Assembly (NCBI GenBank): GCA_963825135.1
Contig: CAWGRW010000009.1
Location: forward strand, 2,112,001 to 2,176,000
From: an uncultured bacterium
GTDB taxonomy: Bacteria; Desulfobacterota_D; UBA1144; Nemesobacterales; UBA2774
Direction: 5' to 3'
DNA: 64,000 nt
Shown one piece after another: positions 42,896 through 52,348 of the stretch (position 1 is its first letter; each line of letters begins with the position of its first letter). The position numbers and the translations under genes are program-made. Under the pieces are notes generated by a model, which saw only the letters and a program-made list of their open reading frames with translations, had not been told where the DNA came from and searched no databases.

Positions 42896-43237
42896 TTATT
42901 TTACGAGCTTATTGATCCTTTCTTTATAAGCTGCGTTTACAGTGTCCTCCGGGTCATCGACTATCTCCACCCCCATACTGCCGGAGAGGCTCCCAACGAG
43001 GCGGGTGGACCATTTGACGACGCCTTCTATCCGACTTTCCTGACCCTCTTTTCCCGAATCCCCCTCTTCCTGGAAGGCTATTACTATCCTGGTGCCGGCG
43101 GGGAATATATTACGCGCCTCTATTACGAGACCCTGCTCGGAAATGTTAACGGCGTACCCCATAAACGTCGGGTTCTCTTTACCGAGCCTTATCCTCTTCC
43201 TGAAGTTGAGCCTTCTCGATTTTCTTTTCTCGCCCAA
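42896..43237 (-). CDS. Stand-alone PilZ domain protein
   Basis: RKSRR (RxxxR) and NISEQG (NxSxxG) c-di-GMP-binding motifs. Confidence 0.88.
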   Translation of the reverse strand: MGEKRKSRRLNFRKRIRLGKENPTFMGYAVNISEQGLVIEARNIFPAGTRIVIAFQEEGDSGKEGQESRIEGVVKWSTRLVGSLSGSMGVEIVDDPEDTVNAAYKERINKLVK

Positions 43238-43415
43238 TTTGGTACCCCTCGCAAATTATAACTCTGTTTCTACCGTCCGGTTATAGGGTTTTAACATCCG
43301 GGAAGACCGGCGCGAATCCGGGGGGTCTCCGCGTATGATGATTTACACATCATTCCGATATGGTTAAAATTCATGGAGGAAAGGACTAAAGGTTTCGGCA
43401 TTACCGGCATCTAAC

Positions 43416-45212
43416 ATGAATCACTATGGTTCTATAATTTATGAGGCGGGGGCCTTCGTATCCTTATTCGTCGTTCTCGCCGTCTGTTCCCAACCCTGCC
43501 CGGCCGATGAAGAGCACGACTGGAGGAGCGATTGGGGTATCCAGGAGGGTTTCAATATAGCCGTCGATACCGAAGGGTTTTCTTTCCCCTCTGCGATAGC
43601 GTTTGTCCCCGATCCGGGAAAAGGGCCGAAAGATCCGCTCTACTTCGTACTTGAGCTAAGGGGGAAGGTTAAAGTCGTCACTAACGACAGAAGCGTTTAT
43701 ACGTTTGCCGAGGGCTTCATCAATTTCACTCCTCCGAAGGAGCTGCCCGACACCTCCGGGGAGAACGGCCTTACAGGCATATGCCTCGACCCCGAAAACG
43801 GGTACGTCTTCGTTACTTTCGTTTACCAGGACGAGAATAATATTATGCGGAACAATGTCGCTAGGTTCGATACCACGCCCGGTACGTTTTCGCAGAAGCC
43901 CCTCTCAATGACAACGTTCACGGATGTATTCTCGAGGGAAGGCTCAAGCCCCGCCCACCAGATTGGCCCCTGTCAGGTCTATGAAAACACCCTGTTCGTA
44001 TCGGTCGGAGACGGGTACTTAATATTTCCCGGATCTCGCAATTACTTTAGGAGCCAGGACGAGAATTCCGTTCTCGGAAAAATTCTCCGTATGACTCTCG
44101 ACGGCAAACCCGTAAGGTCGAACCCCTATTACGTCGATGACGATATTACGAAAGCCAGGAACTATGTGTGGGCAGCAGGTTTTAGGAACCCCTTCGGGCT
44201 CAAGATAGTAGACGGGCGTGTGTTCGTCGCGGACAACGGCCCCTTGTTGGACAGGTTCATCGAAGTTCACAAAGGGGAGAACTACCTCTGGGACGGTTCG
44301 GATATGAGCATAGCGACGAATGCGGACGTTGTATTCGCGCCGGCCGCCGGCGTGGCGCAGCTCGATTACTACCCGGAGGGCCTGAATGCCTTCCCCGAAC
44401 GGTTCAGGGGGAAATTTTATCAAACACTATGCGGCGATCCTAAAGACGATTCGACTTTAAAGAAAGGACGGACTGTGGTCTTGCTGGATTACAGCTTCGA
44501 ACAAAACAAGGTTCTCAGCCCGCCTTCAACGTTTCTCGCGTACCGTGGTTCTGGTTCTCAAGCGCTCGTCGGGTTAGCAATCGGCCCTGACGGGCTTTAC
44601 TTCGTACCGATTATGCCCATTTCGGACGGCAGGAGCGTTGTGTTCAAGGTGTCCTATGAACCGGAAAGCGAGCACCCGTATACTCTGGGAAATGAGACGA
44701 GCGCGCCCAGACTCCTCGAAGAGCGCGGCTGCTACGGCTGCCACACGTACGGCGGGAACGATTGGGGAAAAGCGGGCCCCAGCCTCGACAGCGACTTGCT
44801 CGTTCAGAGTATCAGCGCCAGGCTCTCAAGCGAAGAATACATAAAGAGTGTGAAGAAGCTCGACAGTCAGGAGAATGAACCTTACAAAAGCTACAGAGAA
44901 GAAAGGTCGGAAGTGATGGGGAAGAAGGGTATCGAAAAGATCAGGACCTGGGTAAAATACCATATTATCGAGCCCAAATTCGATAATCCTTATTCTCTAA
45001 TGCCCAATCTCGGAATCGGCGAATCGGAATCGGAAACGTTGTCCATGTTCCTGATCCCCGACGAGCCTCCTTTGATGGTTCGGATGGGGCGGATTCTATA
45101 TAAAGTGCTTCCCGAGCTCAAGTACAGGTATCTGGCCTATTCTTTTCTCCTGGGGTTTGCCGTAGCCCTTGTAATTGCGGGCGGGTACATGTTTATCAAA
45201 AGACGGAAATAA
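43416..45212 (+). CDS. Glucose/sorbosone dehydrogenase-type beta-propeller fused to cytochrome c, with C-terminal membrane anchor
   Basis: GENGLTGI, LFVSVGDG, GKILR and GFRNPFG; CYGCH heme motif, MPNL and a C-terminal TM + KRRK. Confidence 0.85.
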   Translation: MNHYGSIIYEAGAFVSLFVVLAVCSQPCPADEEHDWRSDWGIQEGFNIAVDTEGFSFPSAIAFVPDPGKGPKDPLYFVLELRGKVKVVTNDRSVYTFAEGFINFTPPKELPDTSGENGLTGICLDPENGYVFVTFVYQDENNIMRNNVARFDTTPGTFSQKPLSMTTFTDVFSREGSSPAHQIGPCQVYENTLFVSVGDGYLIFPGSRNYFRSQDENSVLGKILRMTLDGKPVRSNPYYVDDDITKARNYVWAAGFRNPFGLKIVDGRVFVADNGPLLDRFIEVHKGENYLWDGSDMSIATNADVVFAPAAGVAQLDYYPEGLNAFPERFRGKFYQTLCGDPKDDSTLKKGRTVVLLDYSFEQNKVLSPPSTFLAYRGSGSQALVGLAIGPDGLYFVPIMPISDGRSVVFKVSYEPESEHPYTLGNETSAPRLLEERGCYGCHTYGGNDWGKAGPSLDSDLLVQSISARLSSEEYIKSVKKLDSQENEPYKSYREERSEVMGKKGIEKIRTWVKYHIIEPKFDNPYSLMPNLGIGESESETLSMFLIPDEPPLMVRMGRILYKVLPELKYRYLAYSFLLGFAVALVIAGGYMFIKRRK

Positions 45213-45372
45213 ATCCCCCGCTCTAATGCAGCTGCATACTATATAAACAAGGCGGCGGTATCCCCCGCCGCGTCGTCCCCGCACGCCTTTACTAATCGCG
45301 GTTTACGAAATATCATCATGCGGGCGGACCCGGAGTTGCTTAATCCGGCATAACTCCGCTTACTGCAATAGT

Positions 45373-47301
45373 ATGAGAAATAAATTTTTACTGTCCAAAG
45401 TGATATACGGTATGCTAATTTTTTACACGGCCTCTTCGTCCGGGCAGGAGGAAAACCCCGGCCTCTCTAACTCCGAGACCCTCGATCCGGTCGTTGTAAC
45501 CGGGACTGCGTATCCGGCCGGGCTCAGCAAAAGCACGGGGAGCGTCACGGTTTTAACCGAAGAAGATATCGAAGCGAGTCACGCGGTGAGCGTGGGGGAG
45601 GTTCTGGAACAGGTCCCCGGTCTCTACGTCGATCAGCCCGCCTCACGGGGAGGGGTGACGTCGGTTTATATACGAGGCGGCGATCCGAACTTCACCCTCG
45701 TCCTCATCGACGGGGTGAAGGTGAACGACCCCACGAACAGCCGGGGCGGGTCGTTCGATTTCTCCTCGCTAAGCACGGACAACATCGAGCGCATCGAGAT
45801 CGTGCGCGACCCGATGTCGTCCCTCTACGGCTCGGATGCGCTCAGCGGAGTGATTAATATCATCATGAAGAAGGGCGAGGGGAGGCCCAAAGCGTCTGCC
45901 GAAGCTATGGCCGGGAGATACGGGCAGTATCAGTTCCTTGGCGGCGTCTCGGGGGCCGGGTCTTTCTATGATTACTCCGTTACGGGTTCCTGGCTCGACG
46001 ACGGGGAGCAGGTGGAGGGGAGCGCGTTCAAAAGCCCGAGCGTGACCGCGAACCTGGGGCTTATCAACCGGGACGATATGGAGATAACCTCCACCATGAG
46101 GTATTCGCACATAGACAGCACCAGCTTCCCGGACGACAGCGGAGGTCCTGAGTTTGCGGTGCTCAGGGGGACAGACGACAGGAATATCGACCAGTTCCTC
46201 ATTGGGCTCAATTACACGCACAGCCCCGCCCTATGGTGGGAGTACGGGATTAAGCTCGGGTACTACGACAATAAAGAAAAATTTTCATCACCCGGAATCG
46301 CGCCGGGCGAGCGCGACCCTTTCGGCATACCTCCCAACGAATCCGACAGCGACTATAAAAACTATGACGCGAATATTACGAGCACATTTTCCCCTTATGA
46401 GGGTCTCGATATTGTCGCGGGGTTCGAGGCTGAAATTCAGGACGGGTCGAGCCGCGGCATGATCCTCGGCGAATTCCCCCTGCCCGCTTCGTTCGACCTG
46501 AGCAGATATATATTGTCCCCTTATGCGGAAATCCAGTTCGGCATGATCGAGAACCTTTACGTCGTGCTTGGCGCGAGGGAGGACTTCCCGGAGGGATTCG
46601 ACCCGGTTTTCAGTCCGAGGGCCGGGGTATCCTACACAATCGCCGCGACCGACACTATACTCCGGGGGAGCTTTGGAGAAGGGTTCAAGCTGCCGTCGTT
46701 TTTCTCCCTCGCGAACCCGATAGTAGGCAACCCCGACCTCGTGCCCGAGGAGAGCAGGAGCCTCGACCTGGGCATCACACAAGGGGTCTGGGACGACAGG
46801 CTGAGCGCGCTGTTCAACGTCTATTACAACGAGTTCAAGAACCTCATAGACTTCGAGGAAGGGCCTCCGCCTATACTCGTCAATCGCTCCCGGGTGACGG
46901 TCAAGGGGTTCGAGCTGATTGGGAACATCCGCCCCTGGGACGAGCTGACATTGAGCGGGAGCGTGAGTTACGCGGACAGCGATATCAAGGGCACGGGCGA
47001 AGAGCTCAGGAACCGCCCGAGGTGGTGGGGAGAGCTCTCCCTCCTCTACAGTCCTTCGCCTACCGTCAAGTTCAGCCTGGACGCCGTATTTACGGGGAGC
47101 GTTCCCGATTCCTCGATACCGACCGGGGACGTAACGCTCGACCCTTACGACGTTTACAATATCGCACTGACCTGGACGCCGTCCGACAGGATAAGGGTGT
47201 ATGTAGCGGTCGATAACCTGTTCAGCGAGGAGTACGAGCAGTTCGTCGGCTTTCCTGCGCCGGGGGTGAGCCTGAGAGCGGGTATCAGGCTCACCTTCTA
47301 A
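45373..47301 (+). CDS. TonB-dependent receptor (BtuB-like)
   Basis: TonB box DPVVVTG, plug IRGG..LVLIDG..IERIEI..SLYGSDA, NPDL.PE and C-terminal Phe. Confidence 0.93.
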   Translation: MRNKFLLSKVIYGMLIFYTASSSGQEENPGLSNSETLDPVVVTGTAYPAGLSKSTGSVTVLTEEDIEASHAVSVGEVLEQVPGLYVDQPASRGGVTSVYIRGGDPNFTLVLIDGVKVNDPTNSRGGSFDFSSLSTDNIERIEIVRDPMSSLYGSDALSGVINIIMKKGEGRPKASAEAMAGRYGQYQFLGGVSGAGSFYDYSVTGSWLDDGEQVEGSAFKSPSVTANLGLINRDDMEITSTMRYSHIDSTSFPDDSGGPEFAVLRGTDDRNIDQFLIGLNYTHSPALWWEYGIKLGYYDNKEKFSSPGIAPGERDPFGIPPNESDSDYKNYDANITSTFSPYEGLDIVAGFEAEIQDGSSRGMILGEFPLPASFDLSRYILSPYAEIQFGMIENLYVVLGAREDFPEGFDPVFSPRAGVSYTIAATDTILRGSFGEGFKLPSFFSLANPIVGNPDLVPEESRSLDLGITQGVWDDRLSALFNVYYNEFKNLIDFEEGPPPILVNRSRVTVKGFELIGNIRPWDELTLSGSVSYADSDIKGTGEELRNRPRWWGELSLLYSPSPTVKFSLDAVFTGSVPDSSIPTGDVTLDPYDVYNIALTWTPSDRIRVYVAVDNLFSEEYEQFVGFPAPGVSLRAGIRLTF

Positions 47302-47602
47302 TCCCCCCCCCCACATCGTGTGGCGCAGAACCTGCGCTCGAATACGATCCTGCTGAATCTCCTCAGCTCAAATCAGCAACTGCGATAATTTCGATTGTCA
47401 GCGGCGACTCGCCGCCCCGTTCGTCCAATCTGCGCTGATATACGACATCTATGCTACTCCTTCGCTTCCGCTAATCAATCAAGGTAGCGCATCTGTCCTG
47501 AGCGAAGTCGAAGTGTCGAAGGATTGAACGGGTTATACGCTCATATGTCCGCGTCGGCTAACCGGACATAATGATGGAAAACTCTTTTTTCAACATTCTG
47601 GT

Positions 47603-48139
47603 TTAAGCAATCACTTTTCTTTTCCTAAAGACAACCACGCCAATAATCCCTAAAGCTGCCGCCAAAGCTATAAATCCCCATTGGGAAAGTACCGGGATGT
47701 TATCGGGTGACGGCCTGTTAAGAAAAGTGCAGACAACGCCCGAGTCCGTACCGCTTACGAGACATCCCGCCTGAAACCCGTTTTCTAACTTGGTAAACGT
47801 CATATTGGGAGATGCGGTGCACTGGATATCCGCGAGCTCCCATCCTTCCTGCGCTGCTTCCGTTATCGTAATATTGTCTCCCTTGGATATAAATACATCC
47901 GTGGGTATCGTATTCGAGGTAACGGAGAGCGGAGATTCAATTCCGTTTAAGACCTGGTTAAATTCAAATTCCACGTTCTTTGCGGTTGTCACTTCTTTCA
48001 CAATTCTAATCAGACAGTCACTCTGAGAATAGCTCCTTTTGGTTGATAGGACCAGAAAACTCGAAACAATAATTACTAACAATAAAACCTTGAAAATACC
48101 GTTCCCCACTCTTATCGCCAGCTTGCATGGTCTTTTCAT
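47603..48139 (-). CDS. IPTL-CTERM sorting-domain surface protein with small beta-sandwich domain
   Basis: C-terminal NIPVLSQWGFIALAAALGIIGVVVFRKRK; ITEAAQEGWELADIQC...CTFLN; SD GAGGAGG. Confidence 0.88.
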   Translation of the reverse strand: MKRPCKLAIRVGNGIFKVLLLVIIVSSFLVLSTKRSYSQSDCLIRIVKEVTTAKNVEFEFNQVLNGIESPLSVTSNTIPTDVFISKGDNITITEAAQEGWELADIQCTASPNMTFTKLENGFQAGCLVSGTDSGVVCTFLNRPSPDNIPVLSQWGFIALAAALGIIGVVVFRKRKVIA

Positions 48140-48408
48140 GTCGATCCTCCTCAAAGGAATAACCCAATATTCATTATACGATTTCTCATGAGCCGTTACA
48201 ATCGTTTGCCTAATACCCCGCGGATGACCGGGAAAAGGGTGCAATCGGCATTGAATATGTGATACTGCCCGGGAAACAAGAATTGGGCTTAATCCGTTTT
48301 ATTCGAACGTTCCCTCCTTGAAATCCTGATAACCTATAGCAACAATTTAACAATCTTCACCTAGTTTTGTATAATCCCGGCAACGATACGTGAATTAAAG
48401 GAGGCAAA

Positions 48409-48699
48409 ATGTCGAGAAGCGGAATCAATTTATTCCCATCGGTCGTTATTCTATTTATTACATTCGCAATCTGGTCTCAGGATGCAAACGCTCAAACCTA
48501 CCTGTCTGTCGGCCCGCAGACGAGTGTGCCGGAGAACACGGTAACCGGGGGCGGATGGACCGAGTATTACCGGGATCTCTACAGTAACCATCTAGATGCC
48601 GAAACAGTGTTAAGAAGCTGTCCAGGAAGCCGGTTGATGCTATCCTGTCGACCGACCGGAAGCTCTACACTGGCCCTGCTCGCGCTTATCTGCGCGTAG
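48409..48699 (+). pseudogene. Probably truncated secreted protein
   Basis: SD GGAGG, a signal peptide (ANA|Q) and a domain start (YLSVGPQ...GGW) that ends abruptly after 96 aa, 63 bp from the convergent Hint gene. Confidence 0.5.
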
Positions 48700-48762
48700 C
48701 AACCAGTCTCCGCCTTGAGCACGCATGAACTCGTTCTACTGCGGAGAGTCCTGCTCCAGGCG

Positions 48763-49383
48763 TTAGCCGAAGAAAGGTTGAATCTCCGGCTGAAGAACCT
48801 TACGGATAAAAAAGCCGGAATTCCGGGAAAGCGTGCTCCCGAGCAGAACCCCGTTAGCCCAGTAAAACCCGGTATCTCCTGCGGGGAGTAAATCATATGT
48901 ATAGCCACCACTGTATAGTACTTTTTCTATCGATGTCAGCTTCGCCCCATCTATAATATCGCCCGGAATTAAATCGCTTATTATTCTCTCATCTGCGGTG
49001 GGATGACTGCCTGAAACGTACAGCTTTTTTCCGTCATTTAAAATGAGATGAAATACTACATGACTATTGGGCACCGAAACTTTCGATACTAACTCTATCG
49101 GCTGTATTACCTTGTTTCCGTCCATGTCCAGAGTATATACGGGCATCCCCGGTCTCAATTCAATCATTGGAATATTCCCTTGTGGTGTGGCGATTAACGT
49201 GTCAAATGATAGGCAACCACCCATCCCGTCGTTGCTCTGCGCGTTCGCAGTCGTGAGGTTGAGCTTCTGGTTAAGCATCATGACCGATATGACCGTCGGG
49301 ATGATGAAAGCGCCTTTCGTTAACTTCTCAAGGAACTCACGCCTCTCGGGATTAACGTTGTCCAAATATTTTTTGTCCTTCAT
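48763..49383 (-). CDS. Tat-like leader + Hint (hedgehog/intein-like) domain protein
   Basis: ATG at 49383 with SD GGAGG; ERREFLEK; GG|CLSFDTLIATPQG (block A), SGSHP (block B) and TYDL...FYWANGVLLGS (block F/G, without HN). Confidence 0.88.
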   Translation of the reverse strand: MKDKKYLDNVNPERREFLEKLTKGAFIIPTVISVMMLNQKLNLTTANAQSNDGMGGCLSFDTLIATPQGNIPMIELRPGMPVYTLDMDGNKVIQPIELVSKVSVPNSHVVFHLILNDGKKLYVSGSHPTADERIISDLIPGDIIDGAKLTSIEKVLYSGGYTYDLLPAGDTGFYWANGVLLGSTLSRNSGFFIRKVLQPEIQPFFG

Positions 49384-49721
49384 GGAAATACCCTCCGTTG
49401 TATTCTGGTTAGATACGAGAATGTTTATTTCACAGTATATCACGGCCGGTATTTCCCGTAAAGCGGTAGGCGGTCTATGAAGCCTTACTCGGAACATGGA
49501 GACCCGATTCCCGTCCGAGGCTCTGCTTCGACTTGAACTGACGGGTAGATGCCCGGCAGAACGGCCGGTGACGAACCTTACCGACCGGGTTTTCGGGCCC
49601 GGCCCGGCATACGCCTTTTTCCATACCGGGCTCTCTCCCTTAATACCTTGGTATCGGCGATAATATATACCTTTGTCCAATTGTCGCCCGGACGGCCGGA
49701 GGTTAATCTCAATTCCTGTAC

Positions 49722-49805
49722 AAAAAAAATCCCCCGAGAGTATGGTCTCTCGGAGGACTTGACGCCGATACTTTTGGTCTGCACCGGCATTGAGGTATGG
49801 CTCAA
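49722..49805 (-). ncRNA. Candidate sRNA with three hairpins and an intrinsic terminator
   Basis: Three stems with loops CCAUAC, AGACCAAAA and ACCAUA; the last stem is followed by U8; the G-U pairs form only on the minus strand. Confidence 0.6.
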
Positions 49806-49810
49806 AGCTA

Positions 49811-49839
49811 AAATTAGTTACATATAGGAGTCGTGTCAA
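49811..49839 (-). promoter_or_regulatory. Sigma70-like promoter of the candidate sRNA
   Basis: Minus strand TTGACA (49839-49834), 17 bp, TAATTT (49816-49811). Confidence 0.6.
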
Positions 49840-49915
49840 TACCTGTTATCGACTCCGAATCGAGCGGCCAGGGCGTCCGGTCTTCCCCGCATCTCGGACA
49901 GGGAAGGGGAGAGAT

Positions 49916-50353
49916 ATGGGGTTATTCCCAAAAGGCAGGAAGGGGACCGGTCGCCCGGGGTTTTTCCTGATTTCAGTCCTGACAATCTATACGCTCGACT
50001 GCGCGTCGTCGGCCCGCCCGGAGCTTGAGGATGCAATACTATCCCTCCCCGGGAGCGAGCTTGAGGTGAACGTCAAGTATCCCGACAAGTACGACCCCTC
50101 GACGGGGCGGGAAGGGTTCTCCTGTAAATTTTCTGAGAAGGGCTGCGCCGGTACGTTCAACACGGAGGGCTCGCGTATAGACGTACCTCCGTCACTCGAC
50201 GCCCTCGGTCACGAGATGGAACACTGGATCAACTTCATGCTCTACGGCGAGACGCACGACGAGGACCCGAACGACCTTTCCAATATCTGCAATATCCCTT
50301 CCTACTGCCACCTGTATTCCGAATCGAGGAACCTTTTGTCCTGCCGGCAGTGA
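49916..50353 (+). CDS. Small exported protein with HExxH motif (possible mini-zincin)
   Basis: Hydrophobic N-terminus ending in Cys; ALGHEMEHW; several Cys residues. Confidence 0.6.
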   Translation: MGLFPKGRKGTGRPGFFLISVLTIYTLDCASSARPELEDAILSLPGSELEVNVKYPDKYDPSTGREGFSCKFSEKGCAGTFNTEGSRIDVPPSLDALGHEMEHWINFMLYGETHDEDPNDLSNICNIPSYCHLYSESRNLLSCRQ

Positions 50354-50450
50354 GTTTACGGACTAATAAGCTGTAGCCGGGGCGCGAAGCTGCACTCTCC
50401 TGATATGCACCTTTCTCTCCTAAGCGCCCCTGCTATTGTTTCCGGGAGGT

Positions 50451-51902
50451 TCAGGCCGCGGGCGGAGTCCCGCCGGCTGTCTCCCCTCCGCTTCCTGCGG
50501 CGGCCGAAAGCCCGATTAGAAACGAGAAATAGAACGCGTTCGAGGGTATCTGCAGGTTGAAATCGACGAAGCTGTGAAGGAGTATCGAGAATATCCCCGT
50601 CAGCGCGCCCAGCAGTATGAAGAACCTGAAATAGTCCTCCTCCCCCGCGAGCCTGGTCAGCGATTTAAGCGATGCGTAAAGGAATATACCGAGCGCCGCC
50701 ATGAGTGACGCGAACCCGAGGACCCCGGTCTCGGCGATGAGCTGGAGGTAATCGTTGTGCGCGTATAGGTACACCAGGGGTTTTTCGACGGAGACCTTAT
50801 AGGGTGGATATGCGTAGGCGAACGTGCCCAACCCCGTACCGAAGAGGGGGAAATCCCCGATCATGACGAGCACATCCTTCCAGAGTTCCGTCCTCGAGGG
50901 GAGGTTCTCTCCGACGAGCAGGAATCTCTCGATTACGGGATAGAGACCGATGAACAATCCGAAGAAGACCGCGACCGCGAGAACGGTGTAAACCATCCTC
51001 CCGGGCCCCCTGCCTGACCGGATCAATCTCGTGCTCAGGAATGAGAAGAATACGAGCGAGACGAGAACGCTTAATATGCCCATCCTCGACCTGGAGAATA
51101 ATACCGCAAGGAACGCGATACCCAGCAGGAAAAGAAGAAGCACCTGTTTCTGAAAATTCTCCGAGGAAACTAGACGCCTCATGAGCGGCTTCCCAGCCGA
51201 ACCGGTCCAGTCCCCGAACGAAAGCACATAACCGAGCCCCAGCGGAAAACTCAATTCGAGGAATCCGGCATAGTGGTTCCGGTTGTAGTAGGACCCCGTG
51301 GCGTCTTCCGACCCCCCGCTCACCAGGTACTGGTATATGCCAAGGGCCGCCTCGATGAAAAGCATGGCGAAAACCGGCGCGAGCACGAGCCTTATCCATC
51401 CCGCTGACCTGAAGCTCCTCGAGACCGTGATCCCGAATGCGATACAGGCGAGCAGGAGGAGCGTTTTTCTAAGCGTCGCGTCCGGGTACACGCTTATCGT
51501 ATGGAAACCGTGCCCGACCCCCTCTCCCACCGACGAAAGCACCCTGCCTGCCGTTTCCCAGACCTCGAGACTCTTCCCCGATATAGCGCCCAGCACTGAG
51601 TCCGGGAGCGGGACAATCTGAAAGAGGCATATCAGAACGAATGCAAGGAGGGGCAGGTACGGCCTCGCGCGCACGAAAGGCTTTTCCCCTCCGGCCGTCA
51701 TTTTCAGGGTCCAGACGATGAAGAGCGAGAATGAGAGTACCTCTAGAAAGAGCACTGAACCCGGCCTAACGCTGCCTAGAGGCATGGGGGCAAAGACAAG
51801 CAGCGTCAGTGTGAGGATATATATGAGAATCTGGGCCGCCTTCCCAAATCCGATATGCGCCTCCTTTCGCGCTGCGATTCTGAGCTCCGGTGCGGCATTC
51901 AT
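50451..51902 (-). CDS. O-antigen ligase / Wzy_C-family membrane protein
   Basis: Many TM segments; YYNRNHYAG, SRSRMG, GTGLGTF, AHNDYLQ and HSFVDFNLQIPSN. Confidence 0.92.
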   Translation of the reverse strand: MNAAPELRIAARKEAHIGFGKAAQILIYILTLTLLVFAPMPLGSVRPGSVLFLEVLSFSLFIVWTLKMTAGGEKPFVRARPYLPLLAFVLICLFQIVPLPDSVLGAISGKSLEVWETAGRVLSSVGEGVGHGFHTISVYPDATLRKTLLLLACIAFGITVSRSFRSAGWIRLVLAPVFAMLFIEAALGIYQYLVSGGSEDATGSYYNRNHYAGFLELSFPLGLGYVLSFGDWTGSAGKPLMRRLVSSENFQKQVLLLFLLGIAFLAVLFSRSRMGILSVLVSLVFFSFLSTRLIRSGRGPGRMVYTVLAVAVFFGLFIGLYPVIERFLLVGENLPSRTELWKDVLVMIGDFPLFGTGLGTFAYAYPPYKVSVEKPLVYLYAHNDYLQLIAETGVLGFASLMAALGIFLYASLKSLTRLAGEEDYFRFFILLGALTGIFSILLHSFVDFNLQIPSNAFYFSFLIGLSAAAGSGGETAGGTPPAA

Positions 51903-52213
51903 GCCCGGCCGGGTGCTGTCCTACTCGCCGAAGTATAATGCCGTGTCCGGTTTTTGAAAAATAATTCACCGTCCGCACGGCTCTATAATGTTTTAGCTAC
52001 GGCACTATCTTTCTTATTTGTTTCACAAGACTTACAAAATAGTAGTCAATTAACTAAGGTGCCGGAACCAACCTTCACCCACCTCATCCGCCTTATGATA
52101 TTAGCACCGCAAGTTCTAATATATACAGGGAATTTCATTAATTTCGATACTACACTCAGGCTGATTCCTTTTCTTTCTAATTTAGCTATTTAAACAATGC
52201 CGCGGAATTAAGC

Positions 52214-52241
52214 TTGACAAATAACGGATGAACCCTAAAAT
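52214..52241 (+). promoter_or_regulatory. Sigma70-like promoter of the polysaccharide operon
   Basis: TTGACA-16 bp-TAAAAT about 20 nt before the riboswitch. Confidence 0.65.
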
Positions 52242-52261
52242 TAGCTATAGATGGACCTAAG

Positions 52262-52348
52262 ACGAAAGGGCAAAGCATCCGAAAGGGTGTTGCGCAAAGC
52301 TTGAGGCCTAAAAGCCTGAAAAGGCTCAAGGCGGCTCGGTTGCCGAAG
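52262..52348 (+). promoter_or_regulatory. c-di-GMP-I (GEMM) riboswitch
   Basis: AGGGCAAA-GCATCC-GAAA-GGGTGT-TGCGCAAAGC...GGCCTAA...GGCGGC..GGTTGCCGAA matches the GEMM-I consensus. Confidence 0.9.

Noticed and set aside
45213..45372. Cobalamin riboswitch upstream of the BtuB-like receptor
   Set aside because: Hairpins are present, but there is no B12-box or conserved core and the region is short.
47459..47523. REP-like palindrome (CTTCGCTTCCGCT ... CCTGAGCGAAGTCGAAG)
   Set aside because: It is a single degenerate copy, so a repeat family cannot be supported from this window.
48763..49215. Classical splicing intein
   Set aside because: There is no terminal His-Asn, no host extein protein and no endonuclease domain.
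49384..49839. N-terminal extension of the 358-aa ORF call for the Hint gene
   Set aside because: It runs through the promoter, hairpins and terminator; the SD-supported start is at 49383.
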